A DNA stretch of 64,000 bases, from the IMG/VR virus record IMGVR_UViG_3300045988_122718, positions 91,170 to 155,169 of that record; one strand, given 5' to 3'. This stretch comes from a virus. Numbering within the stretch: position 1 is the first letter of the stretch; each line of letters opens with the position of its first letter. Positions 1-9,217 of this stretch are shown here, piece after piece. The position numbers and the translations under genes were made by a program. The notes below the pieces were generated by a model. It saw only the letters and a program-made list of their open reading frames with translations, ran no database searches and was not told the origin of the DNA.

Positions 1-452
1 TGTGCTTTCATATGAATAAACTGTTTCATCTCTGCCCTATTTCTAGCAAAGAAATCTTCCACAGAATCTCCACGATACAAAGCACGGTCTAGACGAACTT
101 CTGTAGGTACATTGATATAAATAGAACATAGGTCAATATCTTCAAGTCCCAGACTTTCTAGTGTTTCAAGCCCTGCTGGGTCGATGATATAAATATCATT
201 ATTATAAATTTGCTCAATTGTCGTCCAATAGTGGGACCCGTTAATTTCAGTATAAGCAGCCAAATTATCCTTCATTTGCTCATAAAAGGCATCGTCTACA
301 AAAATATGCGTGTCTCCTTCATTTGCACGACGAGGGCGAGTTGTATAGCTGATAATCTTTTTTAGACTAGTATCTTCACATAGTCTATTCACCAAAGTAT
401 CTTTACCAGCACCAGTTTCAGCCATAATGCAAAACAACTTATGATTACTCAT
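1..452 (-). CDS. Guanylate kinase-like nucleoside/nucleotide kinase (C-terminus off window)
   Basis: Reverse-strand translation MSNHKLFCIMAETGAGKDTLVNRLCEDTSLKKIISYTTRPRRANEGDTHIFV: P-loop GAGKDT and the YTTRPRRxxExDxxxF motif typical of guanylate kinases; runs off position 1. Confidence 0.8.
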   Translation of the reverse strand, partial: MSNHKLFCIMAETGAGKDTLVNRLCEDTSLKKIISYTTRPRRANEGDTHIFVDDAFYEQMKDNLAAYTEINGSHYWTTIEQIYNNDIYIIDPAGLETLESLGLEDIDLCSIYINVPTEVRLDRALYRGDSVEDFFARNRAEMKQFIHMKA

Positions 453-768
453 ATGTCTTCTCCTCTTCTTCTCCAAACTTCGGTGTCTCTACCTCATGGT
501 CAATAGCCTTCTGACAGAAGTCAAGAACCTTCTTTACGGTTCTGCGCATATCGGCCATAGTGCGCTTACCAGGCTTATTCAGTTCCGCATTGATAATGTT
601 AGCAATAGTTACCGCCATAGTACGTGCGCCAAGCAAAAGTGCCTGTGTACGAATCTTTTCTACAACGTCTGTTACCTTATCCTTGAACTCATCCTTCTTC
701 CCATCGGCAATATCGTTATCTACAATGACATCCTCATTTTCATTTACGACATTAATGTTTTCGTCCAT
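445..768 (-). CDS. Hypothetical protein (acidic N-terminus, helical)
   Basis: ORF MDENINVVNENEDVIVDN... preceded by a GGAGG-type SD and a promoter; start chosen at the SD-proximal ATG. Confidence 0.7.
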   Translation of the reverse strand: MDENINVVNENEDVIVDNDIADGKKDEFKDKVTDVVEKIRTQALLLGARTMAVTIANIINAELNKPGKRTMADMRRTVKKVLDFCQKAIDHEVETPKFGEEEEKTYE

Positions 769-784
769 TACTTTTCCTCCTTCA

Positions 785-829
785 TTAATTTTGTACTGTA
801 AGTATAACACCACTTGCAATATTTGTCAA
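785..829 (-). promoter_or_regulatory. SigmaA-like promoter with conserved ACAGTACAAAATTAA box
   Basis: Minus strand TTGACA (824-829), TATACT (801-806), followed by TACAGTACAAAATTAAT. Confidence 0.75.
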
Positions 830-2775
830 GAGGGATTTTTAATCATATTTAAGAAATCTTCTTCGTTGATGATAGGGATTCTTAAATCTATTGCCTTCTT
901 GTTTTTGCCACTTGTACTATTCTTATCGTTGTTGATTAGGTAGTCTGTCTTCTTGCTTACACTAGACACATACTTGCCGCCATTATATTCAATAACTTTA
1001 ACAAGCGTATCTCTATTGGCATAATGAATAAGGTTGCCAGTAATACAAAAACTTTTACCGTCAAGACTAGCACTAGAAATTGCACCATCATCAACAATAA
1101 AGTTTACTTCCATAGGCAACAATTCTACCATTGAGTCTTTACTATGCCACCAATCGTGCAATGACTTATTAGTAATCTCGCCGAAATCATCAATCTGAGA
1201 AAAATCATAGTTATCATTAGCTAATGCCATTATAAAATCATAGTGATTACCATTAAATTTTTTGCTAATAGCCTTTGCTGCAGATAGACCAATATTAGGA
1301 ATACCTAATGCTGCAATAAAATTCTCTAGCTTTACATCTCTACTTTTTTCTATACTATTTAATAGATTTTCAACGGACTTTTTGCCCATTCCATCTAAGG
1401 TGCACAGTTTACCCACATGCTCCTTTAAATGATAAATATCGCGGAAATTCTTTACTAAATTATTAGAAATTAGGAGCGATAATGTCTTCTCCGATAGCCC
1501 ATCAATATTCATGCATTTACGACTTACAAAGTGAGTGAATCGAGCCAACTTCTTTGCGGGACAATCTGGATTAGTACACATTAGCACCTTACTATTATCT
1601 GTATACTTAACCTCTGTAGGATAGCCACAACATTGGCAGGTAGTAGGAATCTTTAACGTATTGCTGCGAGTTAGATTATCGTCAATTTTAGGAATAACCA
1701 TGTTTGAACGATACACCGTAATATTATCTCCAATACCAAGCTCAAGTTGCTCAATAATGGAAAGGTTGTGAAGTGTAGCTCTTGTAGTCAAGGCTCCGTC
1801 TAGGTCAACCTCATCGAAAACGGCTACTGGAGCAATAATTCCGGTTCTTGTCGTATTCCACTCAACATCTCTTAGTACCGTTTCATAAGTTTCATCACCG
1901 AACTTAAATGCGTAAGCTGCATTGCTATGATGTGATGTTGTCCCAAGGCTTTCGCCATACTTAATATCATCAAAACGTCCAACCAACCCATCAATTGGAT
2001 ATCCAAGCTTTTTAGCCTTATTGACCAAAAACTCCTTTGCATCCCAATCAAAAGAACTAGTCCACGGAACAACAGTAAAACCTAACTCATCAATAAGTAC
2101 TAACTTACGCAAGAAGCTATTTTCATTATCAAAACCTTTGATTGCATTCCAAGCCACAAAAGTTAGAGGTCTCTTTGCGCATTCATTTGAATCAAGTAAT
2201 CTGATACTTCCAGAGGCAAAGTTTCTCGGATTCTTATACTCTGTAGAGAATGGCTCAAAGTCATCATATGTGCAGATAATCTCACCATCAATAATGAGTT
2301 CATCCTTATATGGAATCTTATGTGGAACTGTTTTTACAGTTTTAATGTTGTGAAAAATATCTTCTCCAATTTCTCCATTACCACGAGTTTCTGCTGATAT
2401 TAGTTCGCCGTCAATGTATCTTATACTGCAAGTAAGGCCATCCATCTTTAGCATTCCTATAACATCTTTACTACCAAAGTATCTAATAAATTCATTCCAA
2501 TCTTTAGTCTTTGCCAAAGATAGCATGGGGTGGTTATGAGTGACCTTCTGTAGTTCAGACTTTACTTCATACCCAACTTTATGCGTAGGCGATGCCATCA
2601 TAACAAATCCAGTCTCCTGCTCTAGAGAACGAAGTTCTTCTAGAAGTGCATCAAACTCATAATCCTCCATAATTGTATTACCAGTATTATAATAAGCATC
2701 CGCTGCCTTATTAAGCAATTCTGTTAATTCTTTAATTCTACCAATTTTCTCCAATACTTGATCCCTCCCATTCAA
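826..2775 (-). CDS. ligA: NAD+-dependent DNA ligase with C-terminal BRCT domain
   Basis: 649 aa; adenylation motif LKMDGLTCSI, four-Cys zinc motif CQCCGYPTEV...CTNPDCPAKK, HhH region, BRCT-like C-terminus GKSFCITGNL. Confidence 0.93.
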   Translation of the reverse strand: MNGRDQVLEKIGRIKELTELLNKAADAYYNTGNTIMEDYEFDALLEELRSLEQETGFVMMASPTHKVGYEVKSELQKVTHNHPMLSLAKTKDWNEFIRYFGSKDVIGMLKMDGLTCSIRYIDGELISAETRGNGEIGEDIFHNIKTVKTVPHKIPYKDELIIDGEIICTYDDFEPFSTEYKNPRNFASGSIRLLDSNECAKRPLTFVAWNAIKGFDNENSFLRKLVLIDELGFTVVPWTSSFDWDAKEFLVNKAKKLGYPIDGLVGRFDDIKYGESLGTTSHHSNAAYAFKFGDETYETVLRDVEWNTTRTGIIAPVAVFDEVDLDGALTTRATLHNLSIIEQLELGIGDNITVYRSNMVIPKIDDNLTRSNTLKIPTTCQCCGYPTEVKYTDNSKVLMCTNPDCPAKKLARFTHFVSRKCMNIDGLSEKTLSLLISNNLVKNFRDIYHLKEHVGKLCTLDGMGKKSVENLLNSIEKSRDVKLENFIAALGIPNIGLSAAKAISKKFNGNHYDFIMALANDNYDFSQIDDFGEITNKSLHDWWHSKDSMVELLPMEVNFIVDDGAISSASLDGKSFCITGNLIHYANRDTLVKVIEYNGGKYVSSVSKKTDYLINNDKNSTSGKNKKAIDLRIPIINEEDFLNMIKNPS

Positions 2776-2809
2776 TTTTTGTCATATATCCACATCTTAA
2801 AGTATATTT

Positions 2810-3211
2810 TTAAATCCCCAATACTACAAATGCAACCCAGGTGATAAGGATTTGTGCCAAATGATTTAATTGGTCTTGTACCAAGCTTATCTTCTTTAAG
2901 TTTGCTTTTGAATTATCAACAACCATATGAATGCATAAATTAGTTAAAAAGACTAATGCAATTGCCAATGATGCATTATTTATATTTGTTGTGGTAATCA
3001 ATGTATATACAGATGGAACAAGCATAATCATAAATGCCCAGCTAAAACTATGCATAAATAATGCCATAATATAATCATGCTTATATAGTTTGTCTGGTGC
3101 ATTTTGTTCCCAATAGCTTTTCTGTTTTGCTGACGCTAACCATCCTTGCAAATAATAATCATCAACAATATGTAGAAAAATCATCATCAATAATAGTAAA
3201 ATTTTATACAT
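2810..3211 (-). CDS. Membrane protein, DUF3307-like
   Basis: Hydrophobic segments and the N-terminal motif LHIVDDYYLQGWLA...K characteristic of DUF3307-type proteins. Confidence 0.6.
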   Translation of the reverse strand: MYKILLLLMMIFLHIVDDYYLQGWLASAKQKSYWEQNAPDKLYKHDYIMALFMHSFSWAFMIMLVPSVYTLITTTNINNASLAIALVFLTNLCIHMVVDNSKANLKKISLVQDQLNHLAQILITWVAFVVLGI

Positions 3212-3238
3212 ATATCCTCGCCTTTTGAAATTCTATTT

Positions 3239-3460
3239 TTAATTATCAGAAACATAATGATCATTATGACTAAATCTTGCACACGATTCACATTTATATT
3301 TCTTATCTTCCAAATGAAGACATCCGAAGCATCCTTTATGTTGTTCTTCCCATTCATTTACTGCTCTAGTAGCCAATTGAATAACTTTCATCTCATGAGC
3401 GTCAAAACAAAAATCTTGTTCATTAATAATATCTGTAAATTCTTTTGCTAACTTACCCAT
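3239..3460 (-). CDS. Small Cys-rich hypothetical protein
   Basis: ORF with CFGCLHLEDKKYKCESC motif. Confidence 0.55.
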   Translation of the reverse strand: MGKLAKEFTDIINEQDFCFDAHEMKVIQLATRAVNEWEEQHKGCFGCLHLEDKKYKCESCARFSHNDHYVSDN

Positions 3461-3469
3461 ATGCTTACC

Positions 3470-3799
3470 TCAATTTATTTTCTCTCTCAATTCATTTACA
3501 GAATATACTAGCTCGTTGATTTTATCAATCAATTTCCTACCAGTTAGAACTTGATATCCATTGATATAAGATTCTTCGTAAGTCAGTTTCTCAATCTTCT
3601 TAACTTCAGGCTTTGTAAAATCGTACTTGCCGATATGATTATAATTGCCCGTTTCAATGCCAATAATGCTATAATCTCCTACCTTGTAACCGTCTGATGG
3701 TGTGGTGCATCGCCACCACAATTCCTTATTATCGCTTACATAGCCAGTCGCACCACCCTTTGTTTCAACATAGTCGCCTACATGAAATTCATATTTCAT
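3470..3799 (-). CDS. Hypothetical protein
   Basis: Intact 109-aa ORF with SD, packed with neighbours. Confidence 0.6.
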   Translation of the reverse strand: MKYEFHVGDYVETKGGATGYVSDNKELWWRCTTPSDGYKVGDYSIIGIETGNYNHIGKYDFTKPEVKKIEKLTYEESYINGYQVLTGRKLIDKINELVYSVNELREKIN

Positions 3800-3811
3800 T
3801 TAATTTCCTCC

Positions 3812-4027
3812 TTAAATTCCAATCATCTCATCAATGCCCACGACTGGTTTTCTCATATAATCCTTAAAGCTCATAAAAAACTGGCACTTATCCGTTCCAT
3901 TACATACTCCTTCTGGTCTTGCAAATGTGCATACATAACCATCAGGATTCCACCATGTGGCATCTTCATGTACTAACCAGGGACAATCGTCTCTATCTTT
4001 TGGCATATCGTCAACTAATATTTTCAT
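3812..4027 (-). CDS. Hypothetical protein
   Basis: 71-aa ORF with SD. Confidence 0.6.
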   Translation of the reverse strand: MKILVDDMPKDRDDCPWLVHEDATWWNPDGYVCTFARPEGVCNGTDKCQFFMSFKDYMRKPVVGIDEMIGI

Positions 4028-4029
4028 AT

Positions 4030-4248
4030 TTAATCCTCACATTGATATTTTGGTGATAGGTTACACATATCTCTTATACCATTGCATTTACATTCGCTCT
4101 TATTTTTCTCATCGAAATGTTCTCTCATAAGCTTAACCCAGTTTTCCAAATCTTTTCTAGTCATCCAATCAACATCAAAATCCTGTGGTAACACAATTAG
4201 ATTTGGATATTTTTTTCTGAAGGTGCTTTGCGAAATTGTATACTTCAT
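4030..4248 (-). CDS. Hypothetical protein
   Basis: 72-aa ORF; overlaps the upstream gene by ~74 nt. Confidence 0.5.
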   Translation of the reverse strand: MKYTISQSTFRKKYPNLIVLPQDFDVDWMTRKDLENWVKLMREHFDEKNKSECKCNGIRDMCNLSPKYQCED

Positions 4249-4483
4249 CTAAATTATATTCAGTTGTAAATCTAAATACTGGAGTCTTATCCATTAAGAA
4301 ATCAACCTTATTCTCAAGGTCTCTTCCGCACCAAGGGCAGTAACTAATGTATTCCTTTTGATACACCCAGTCGTCACTGTAGCTATCCCATTCTGACGTT
4401 GGAATATCAAGAAAATATTCATGCGTCAAAGGTTCAAAGAAAATTTCGCACTCATTGGATGTTGAATCACAATATTTACACAT
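4175..4483 (-). CDS. Small protein with zinc-ribbon-like cysteines
   Basis: MCKYCDS...YCPWCGRDL. Confidence 0.6.
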   Translation of the reverse strand: MCKYCDSTSNECEIFFEPLTHEYFLDIPTSEWDSYSDDWVYQKEYISYCPWCGRDLENKVDFLMDKTPVFRFTTEYNLDEVYNFAKHLQKKISKSNCVTTGF

Positions 4484-4484
4484 A

Positions 4485-4685
4485 TTAGTCCTCCTTAAGT
4501 TCTCTACCGCACATTGGACAATAGTTAATTCTCATTGACCTAGTGTAATAATAGTCGTCACAAGATAAATACAAATATGTACTATTGCCATTTCGATAAA
4601 TTATATCGCTCTCATCCCAATTGTAATACTTATTGTCTTTATAAGTTTCAAGGCTATCCCAAATCTTATCACAAAAATCGCACAT
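4485..4685 (-). CDS. Small protein with zinc-ribbon-like cysteines
   Basis: MCDFCDKIWDS...NYCPMCGRELKED; similar layout to 4175-4483. Confidence 0.6.
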   Translation of the reverse strand: MCDFCDKIWDSLETYKDNKYYNWDESDIIYRNGNSTYLYLSCDDYYYTRSMRINYCPMCGRELKED

Positions 4686-4686
4686 A

Positions 4687-5007
4687 TTAATTCTCCATAT
4701 TTGCAACTAGGAAATCATACACGTCTCCCCAATTATTAATTACAACAGAATAACCGCCGATCTCAATATCACCAAGCTTAAACTTATGTAGCCAATCACA
4801 CTCCCAAATAAAGTAACCTAGCCAGTCATTCTCCTTGTCGTTGAAAATCTCACTCAGAACATCTGTCGTAATGTTGAAAGCGTCGCAAATATAAAAGCTA
4901 CCAAAATCTTCACAAAGACCACGCATTGCTCTGTCCGCCACATCCATTCTGTTGCTCAAATCCTCAAGACGCTCGATAGTCTTGATAAAAGTTTCCTTAG
5001 AAATCAT
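4687..5007 (-). CDS. Hypothetical protein
   Basis: 106-aa ORF with SD. Confidence 0.6.
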   Translation of the reverse strand: MISKETFIKTIERLEDLSNRMDVADRAMRGLCEDFGSFYICDAFNITTDVLSEIFNDKENDWLGYFIWECDWLHKFKLGDIEIGGYSVVINNWGDVYDFLVANMEN

Positions 5008-5011
5008 ATAA

Positions 5012-5353
5012 TCACTCCTTAATATTTAGTTTATATCCAAGCTCTTTTTCTAGCTGTTTCTTTGACATCTCTCGTTCAATCACTTCAAATGTTGCCCACT
5101 TATTATCTACTGCAAAAATATCAAACTTGGTTATAATCCTCTGTTTATAACCAAAATAATCATATTCCTCATCCTCTTTTTCTTGCATAACTTTCGAGAA
5201 AGTTAATCCGATTTTAGGGAAATGGACTTTGCATTTGCTACCATCTGTAGCATAAAAAGTACCAATATAATCAAGATAAGGCACGCCGTCTTCAATATAA
5301 ATCTTTACATCGGTTGGGCATACATCACTACTAATAATTGGAGTGTATTTCAT
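5012..5353 (-). CDS. Hypothetical protein
   Basis: 113-aa ORF with SD. Confidence 0.6.
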   Translation of the reverse strand: MKYTPIISSDVCPTDVKIYIEDGVPYLDYIGTFYATDGSKCKVHFPKIGLTFSKVMQEKEDEEYDYFGYKQRIITKFDIFAVDNKWATFEVIEREMSKKQLEKELGYKLNIKE

Positions 5354-5356
5354 TAT

Positions 5357-5491
5357 TTAACACAATCCCTTCCGTTTATTCAGCCAATCACAATACTTCT
5401 GGCATTCTTCCTTGGATGTAAACCCAATCTTTTTCCCATACCTAAGTTGTTCATGCTTCTCAATAACATCATCACGGAACTTATCATACAC
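5357..5491 (-). CDS. Small hypothetical protein (GTG start)
   Basis: Short ORF filling the gap: VYDKFRDDVIEKHEQLRYGKKIGFTSKEECQKYCDWLNKRKGLC. Confidence 0.45.
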   Translation of the reverse strand: MYDKFRDDVIEKHEQLRYGKKIGFTSKEECQKYCDWLNKRKGLC

Positions 5492-5494
5492 AAA

Positions 5495-6088
5495 CTAAAT
5501 TCCAAAGTCCGCAGAAGAATAATCTCCCCATCTATCACTTCCAATGCTTTGATAGCTTGCATCAAGCCGATAATATCTTTCGGATTGATAATTGCTATTC
5601 TTAATTTTATATATCAATGTATCAATCCATGTTTCTTCGGGTTCATACCAATAATCTGGCTGTGAACATGTACACTGTTTACTTGTGGTTGTACCATCAG
5701 GCCAAGTCAAAACCCACTTTCTATCGGCATTACATTTATCACATTTAGGCTTTTCATGAGGCTTATTATTTGCAAACCAAAGCTGAGACTTTTCAAGCAC
5801 GTCCTTAAATAAGTCATTTATGGCAGTCTTGTAAAATTCTTTTTCTACTTCTCTGTGAAGATTTTGCGCTTTGTATTCCAAAGCACTTTCTTTTCTTGAT
5901 ACTTCTTGTGCTTTATCTTCAAGTTCTTTATTGCGCTTCTCAAGATATTCATTGCGACTTTTAAGAAATTCCATATCATTTTTTAAGGAAATTTTTGCTG
6001 CATCAACAAGTTTTGATTTCAGTTCATCAAAAAGTTCATCTGCTTCTGAAGGTTCCCATACAGGTTCATCATAATCCCAATAACTCAT
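5495..6088 (-). CDS. Coiled-coil protein with C-terminal Cys motif
   Basis: 197-aa ORF, coiled-coil region, PKCDKCNADRKWVL. Confidence 0.65.
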   Translation of the reverse strand: MSYWDYDEPVWEPSEADELFDELKSKLVDAAKISLKNDMEFLKSRNEYLEKRNKELEDKAQEVSRKESALEYKAQNLHREVEKEFYKTAINDLFKDVLEKSQLWFANNKPHEKPKCDKCNADRKWVLTWPDGTTTSKQCTCSQPDYWYEPEETWIDTLIYKIKNSNYQSERYYRLDASYQSIGSDRWGDYSSADFGI

Positions 6089-6198
6089 TTAATCCCTCTT
6101 TTCTTTGCGATTGCTCTCATTGCATATCTGGCACCATATTTGCCATACTTCTTTCTACAGCTCCAATAAATCATCCAATATAAGTTAGAATGTCTCAT
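6085..6198 (-). CDS. Small basic protein
   Basis: 37 aa MRHSNLYWMIYWSCRKKYGKYGARYAMRAIAKKRGIK; overlapping start/stop with neighbours. Confidence 0.5.
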   Translation of the reverse strand: MRHSNLYWMIYWSCRKKYGKYGARYAMRAIAKKRGIK

Positions 6199-6467
6199 AC
6201 GCCATCCCTACTCTTGTCGTGCAAAGGATCTGTTGGAATAAAGTCTTTATAATTATTTGAATGTCTGCAATCATTATATTCGCAATCTTGTTCACAACCA
6301 TACACATAATATGAATTGTCGCAATAATCACAAACATTTCCACAATTAAACATAATCAAACATTTAATTCTATCTACTGTAGACATATGAGACACTTCAC
6401 ACATCTTACATTCTTTAGGGCTTTTAAATTCTCGTCCACAAGTATCACACTTATAAATGGTAGTCAT
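6195..6467 (-). CDS. Zinc-finger-like Cys-rich protein
   Basis: YKCDTCGREFKSPKECKMCEVSH and further Cys pairs. Confidence 0.6.
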   Translation of the reverse strand: MTTIYKCDTCGREFKSPKECKMCEVSHMSTVDRIKCLIMFNCGNVCDYCDNSYYVYGCEQDCEYNDCRHSNNYKDFIPTDPLHDKSRDGV

Positions 6468-6476
6468 AATTTCACC

Positions 6477-6655
6477 TCAAATTAGTCTCTCAACATAGTT
6501 TCTATCTTGAGTAAAGATAGGAATTTCATTATATAAATCTTGCATCATTGTAGGCTGTAGCCTATCATTGGTACGTTTTGTATAATTTTTAGAACCAACA
6601 AATGTTGCACTACACCCAGCTAGACAAAAAACAAGAAATACAGTTAGAATCAATG
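6477..6655 (-). CDS. Putative small lipoprotein (start uncertain)
   Basis: Hydrophobic signal followed by the lipobox LAGC: ...TLILTVFLVFCLAGCSATFVG...; no clear ATG. Confidence 0.4.
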
Positions 6656-6663
6656 TAATAATT

Positions 6664-7212
6664 TTATTTCACATTAGTCTTGCTCCTTTCAATAATTTCA
6701 TCAAGTGTTCTGGGCTGATACTGCATCCAAGACATCATGCAGCCAATATTAATAATATTACCGCAGCTATCACTATTTGTTTGTTTGCTATCCTTTAGCT
6801 CCTTCGTCCACTTTTCAACAAAATCCTGCTCTCTTGTTACATGAGTGTGTCCGTGCAGCATGTAGCAGTTCGGATTATAAGATGCTTTATAACACATAAT
6901 TGGATAATGGCACATAATCACATGTCTCCCACAATCTGTAATTTCTTTATAATCAACTGCTTCTACGATATGTTTCTTAACTTCAGATGGATAATCCTTC
7001 AAATCATGATTGCCTTTGATGATATGAATATTGCCATTTAGCAGCTTTAGATACTTAATCCAATCATCTTTCTTGCCCCAGCAAAAATCTCCAAGATGAT
7101 ACACATGGTCTGTATTGCTTACAACGGAATTCCAATTGTTAATTAGTGCTTCATCCATCTCATCAATTGTTCCAAACGGTCTGTTATCAAATCTGATAAC
7201 ATTTTTATGCAT
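6664..7212 (-). CDS. Calcineurin-like metallophosphoesterase
   Basis: HLGDFCWGKKD, IKGNHD, CHYPI, LHGHTH motifs. Confidence 0.85.
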   Translation of the reverse strand: MHKNVIRFDNRPFGTIDEMDEALINNWNSVVSNTDHVYHLGDFCWGKKDDWIKYLKLLNGNIHIIKGNHDLKDYPSEVKKHIVEAVDYKEITDCGRHVIMCHYPIMCYKASYNPNCYMLHGHTHVTREQDFVEKWTKELKDSKQTNSDSCGNIINIGCMMSWMQYQPRTLDEIIERSKTNVK

Positions 7213-7269
7213 TAAGTGCCTTCAACTAATGAAGGTCAGAAATATAGAAAATCTGACTCATAGATAACA

Positions 7270-7500
7270 TCACGCTCCTTTCTTTGGTCTTCCACGCTTT
7301 TTCTTTACTGGTTTATCTTCAATTTCTACAGTTTCAATCTTTGGAGCCTCTGGCATATTCATCCAATATACAACTTTAAGATATGTAGCAAATTTTTTAT
7401 TTCCAAGATACATTGCTGACTTTACGACTCCAGTATCACTACAAATAATTACGTCCTGGTATTTCTCAGGCCATTTATCATTAATATTAATCCAATCCAT
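7270..7500 (-). CDS. DUF551-like small protein with AT-hook-like tail
   Basis: MDWININDKWPEKYQDVIICSDTG...VKKKRGRPKKGA. Confidence 0.6.
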   Translation of the reverse strand: MDWININDKWPEKYQDVIICSDTGVVKSAMYLGNKKFATYLKVVYWMNMPEAPKIETVEIEDKPVKKKRGRPKKGA

Positions 7501-7509
7501 TTCTACCTC

Positions 7510-7710
7510 TTAATACCACGAACCCTTTTTACGATAACAAACCTTTGTGTATTCCTCATAGCCCGCTTCTACTTCATAATTAATATAATAGTCACACGCA
7601 TCTTCTACTTTCTGCTTAATCTCTTCGTCCGTAGCATCATCTGGAACATAAAATTCAAAATCATGATGACCTAGTGCTCTAACGTCAATACAACCGGTTA
7701 CTTTTAGCAT
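7510..7710 (-). CDS. Hypothetical protein
   Basis: 66-aa ORF with SD. Confidence 0.55.
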   Translation of the reverse strand: MLKVTGCIDVRALGHHDFEFYVPDDATDEEIKQKVEDACDYYINYEVEAGYEEYTKVCYRKKGSWY

Positions 7711-8009
7711 GTTTGTTCTCCTTCATTATTCATAATTTCATATTCATGATCAATTGCTTCTCGCATTGTAGAAAACATCTTTTCATCAGAAGTCATATAT
7801 TCTGCATGAAGAATCTGAATCCTCTTTGCGGCCTTATTGCGACTAGTTTCAGATGGATCAATAGGATATAGCTTTGTAACATTAGTTGTATACCAATTCT
7901 CTCCGTCATAATATGTGGCAATAGAAGTAGTTCCATTTACTCCTACAGAAATATTATATACGGAAACTACTTTATCATTTTTCTTTAGTTTCATCTGGAT
8001 AGGGTACAT
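7704..8009 (-). CDS. Hypothetical protein
   Basis: ORF preceded by SD and promoter. Confidence 0.6.
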   Translation of the reverse strand: MYPIQMKLKKNDKVVSVYNISVGVNGTTSIATYYDGENWYTTNVTKLYPIDPSETSRNKAAKRIQILHAEYMTSDEKMFSTMREAIDHEYEIMNNEGEQTC

Positions 8010-8022
8010 ATTTGTTCCTCCT

Positions 8023-8066
8023 TTAATTTTGTACTGTAATTATATCATATACTACTCATTTGTCAA
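8023..8066 (-). promoter_or_regulatory. SigmaA-like promoter with conserved box
   Basis: Minus strand TTGACA (8061-8066), TATAAT (8039-8044), then TACAGTACAAAATTAA. Confidence 0.8.
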
Positions 8067-8085
8067 GTTGGTATATTGCATAAAA

Positions 8086-8110
8086 GGTACGGCAAAAATG
8101 CCATACCTAA
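8086..8110 (-). terminator. Rho-independent terminator
   Basis: Minus strand AGGTATGGCATTTTTGCCGTACCTTTT. Confidence 0.75.
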
Positions 8111-8114
8111 TTGG

Positions 8115-9026
8115 TTAATGTGCATAGATATCTGCAGCATGAAGCAAACAAATATCGTTAAATAAAGTTTCGCCAAGTAGATTTCTATCTTTCTGCATAG
8201 CTTTCTCTGACTGCCTCCATGCGAGATAAGGTCTCATATGCCACTGAATAAGTTGTGCTACATATAAATGTCTATCTATGCCGCTAAAGAACAAGCTATC
8301 GTATGACCCACAAAATTGGTGATTGTAATAATGACATTCATTTGTCTGTTCGCCCTTACTATTGATATATGTTGCCGATTTAATCTTACCACAATCGTGA
8401 ATTAGTGCTGCGGTTCTGATTTCCCAGAACGGAACTGGTCTTGAGTTCAAGTATTCGAATGTTTTAAGACAATGCCCTCCAAGTGTTAACGAATGGTGGC
8501 TATTGTGCTGCTCATAATCCATAACGGACTCAACCCAATCACTTGCATCTCCATAGCTTCCTTCTGCACCTTCTGAATATACAATTTGAATATTGTCCCA
8601 ACCCTCATACCAATACGGAGTGTTCCAGTTCATATACATACGCTTAATGACATGTTCTGGGACTTTACGCTCACGCTGTGTGTTACGCTCAAGACAAACC
8701 TCATAAGGTGTTGCCATAAGAACTGCAATCTTTTCACAAGGTATTTTGCTGAGAGACTTTAGGAATTCTATGCGCTTCTTATAATTTATATTAGTTGCGT
8801 CCATAATTGCACTCTTACCAGAAGCAAGACACGCTCTAATGCGCTTATGTAGTTCTTTGAATAAAGCATCGTTGTCTGCTTGATGATTCACATCTCCAAA
8901 CATTTCTTCTCTAAGTGAGTCACTAGAGAAGATTTCTGCATTATATTCTGTTGCAAGTTTTTTGGCTTGTTCACTTTTACCACTAGCAGGAAGTCCTATA
9001 CAACAAATAAATTTTGTCATGATCAT
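8115..9026 (-). CDS. P-loop (polynucleotide-kinase-like) kinase fused to HD phosphohydrolase
   Basis: Walker A GLPASGKSEQ, MDATNINYKKRI, then HD motif (GGHCLKTFEYL...ALIHDCGK...HHQF-like...IQWHMRPYL). Confidence 0.8.
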   Translation of the reverse strand: MIMTKFICCIGLPASGKSEQAKKLATEYNAEIFSSDSLREEMFGDVNHQADNDALFKELHKRIRACLASGKSAIMDATNINYKKRIEFLKSLSKIPCEKIAVLMATPYEVCLERNTQRERKVPEHVIKRMYMNWNTPYWYEGWDNIQIVYSEGAEGSYGDASDWVESVMDYEQHNSHHSLTLGGHCLKTFEYLNSRPVPFWEIRTAALIHDCGKIKSATYINSKGEQTNECHYYNHQFCGSYDSLFFSGIDRHLYVAQLIQWHMRPYLAWRQSEKAMQKDRNLLGETLFNDICLLHAADIYAH

Positions 9027-9217
9027 ATCAATGTCTCTCCATTTTTATCCAAGTATATTTTCCATGGTTTTATCGAAACAAGTTCTTCGTCTTCTACTGT
9101 TAATTTTCCATCTAAAAATAGCTTTTTCGCCATTTTTCTTGCCTCTTTCATATTATTTGCGTCTACACAAACTTCATAAACGACACTAGTGTAAACATCA
9201 AAAACATAAGTTCCCAT
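9023..9217 (-). CDS. Hypothetical protein
   Basis: 64-aa ORF overlapping both neighbours by start/stop. Confidence 0.55.
   Translation of the reverse strand: MGTYVFDVYTSVVYEVCVDANNMKEARKMAKKLFLDGKLTVEDEELVSIKPWKIYLDKNGETLI

Noticed and set aside
560-943. Plus-strand ORFs in general (for example 560-943, 5222-5665, 23524-24084)
   Set aside because: They overlap convincing minus-strand genes or the promoter/tRNA region, lack SD sites and are low-complexity/hydrophobic shadows.
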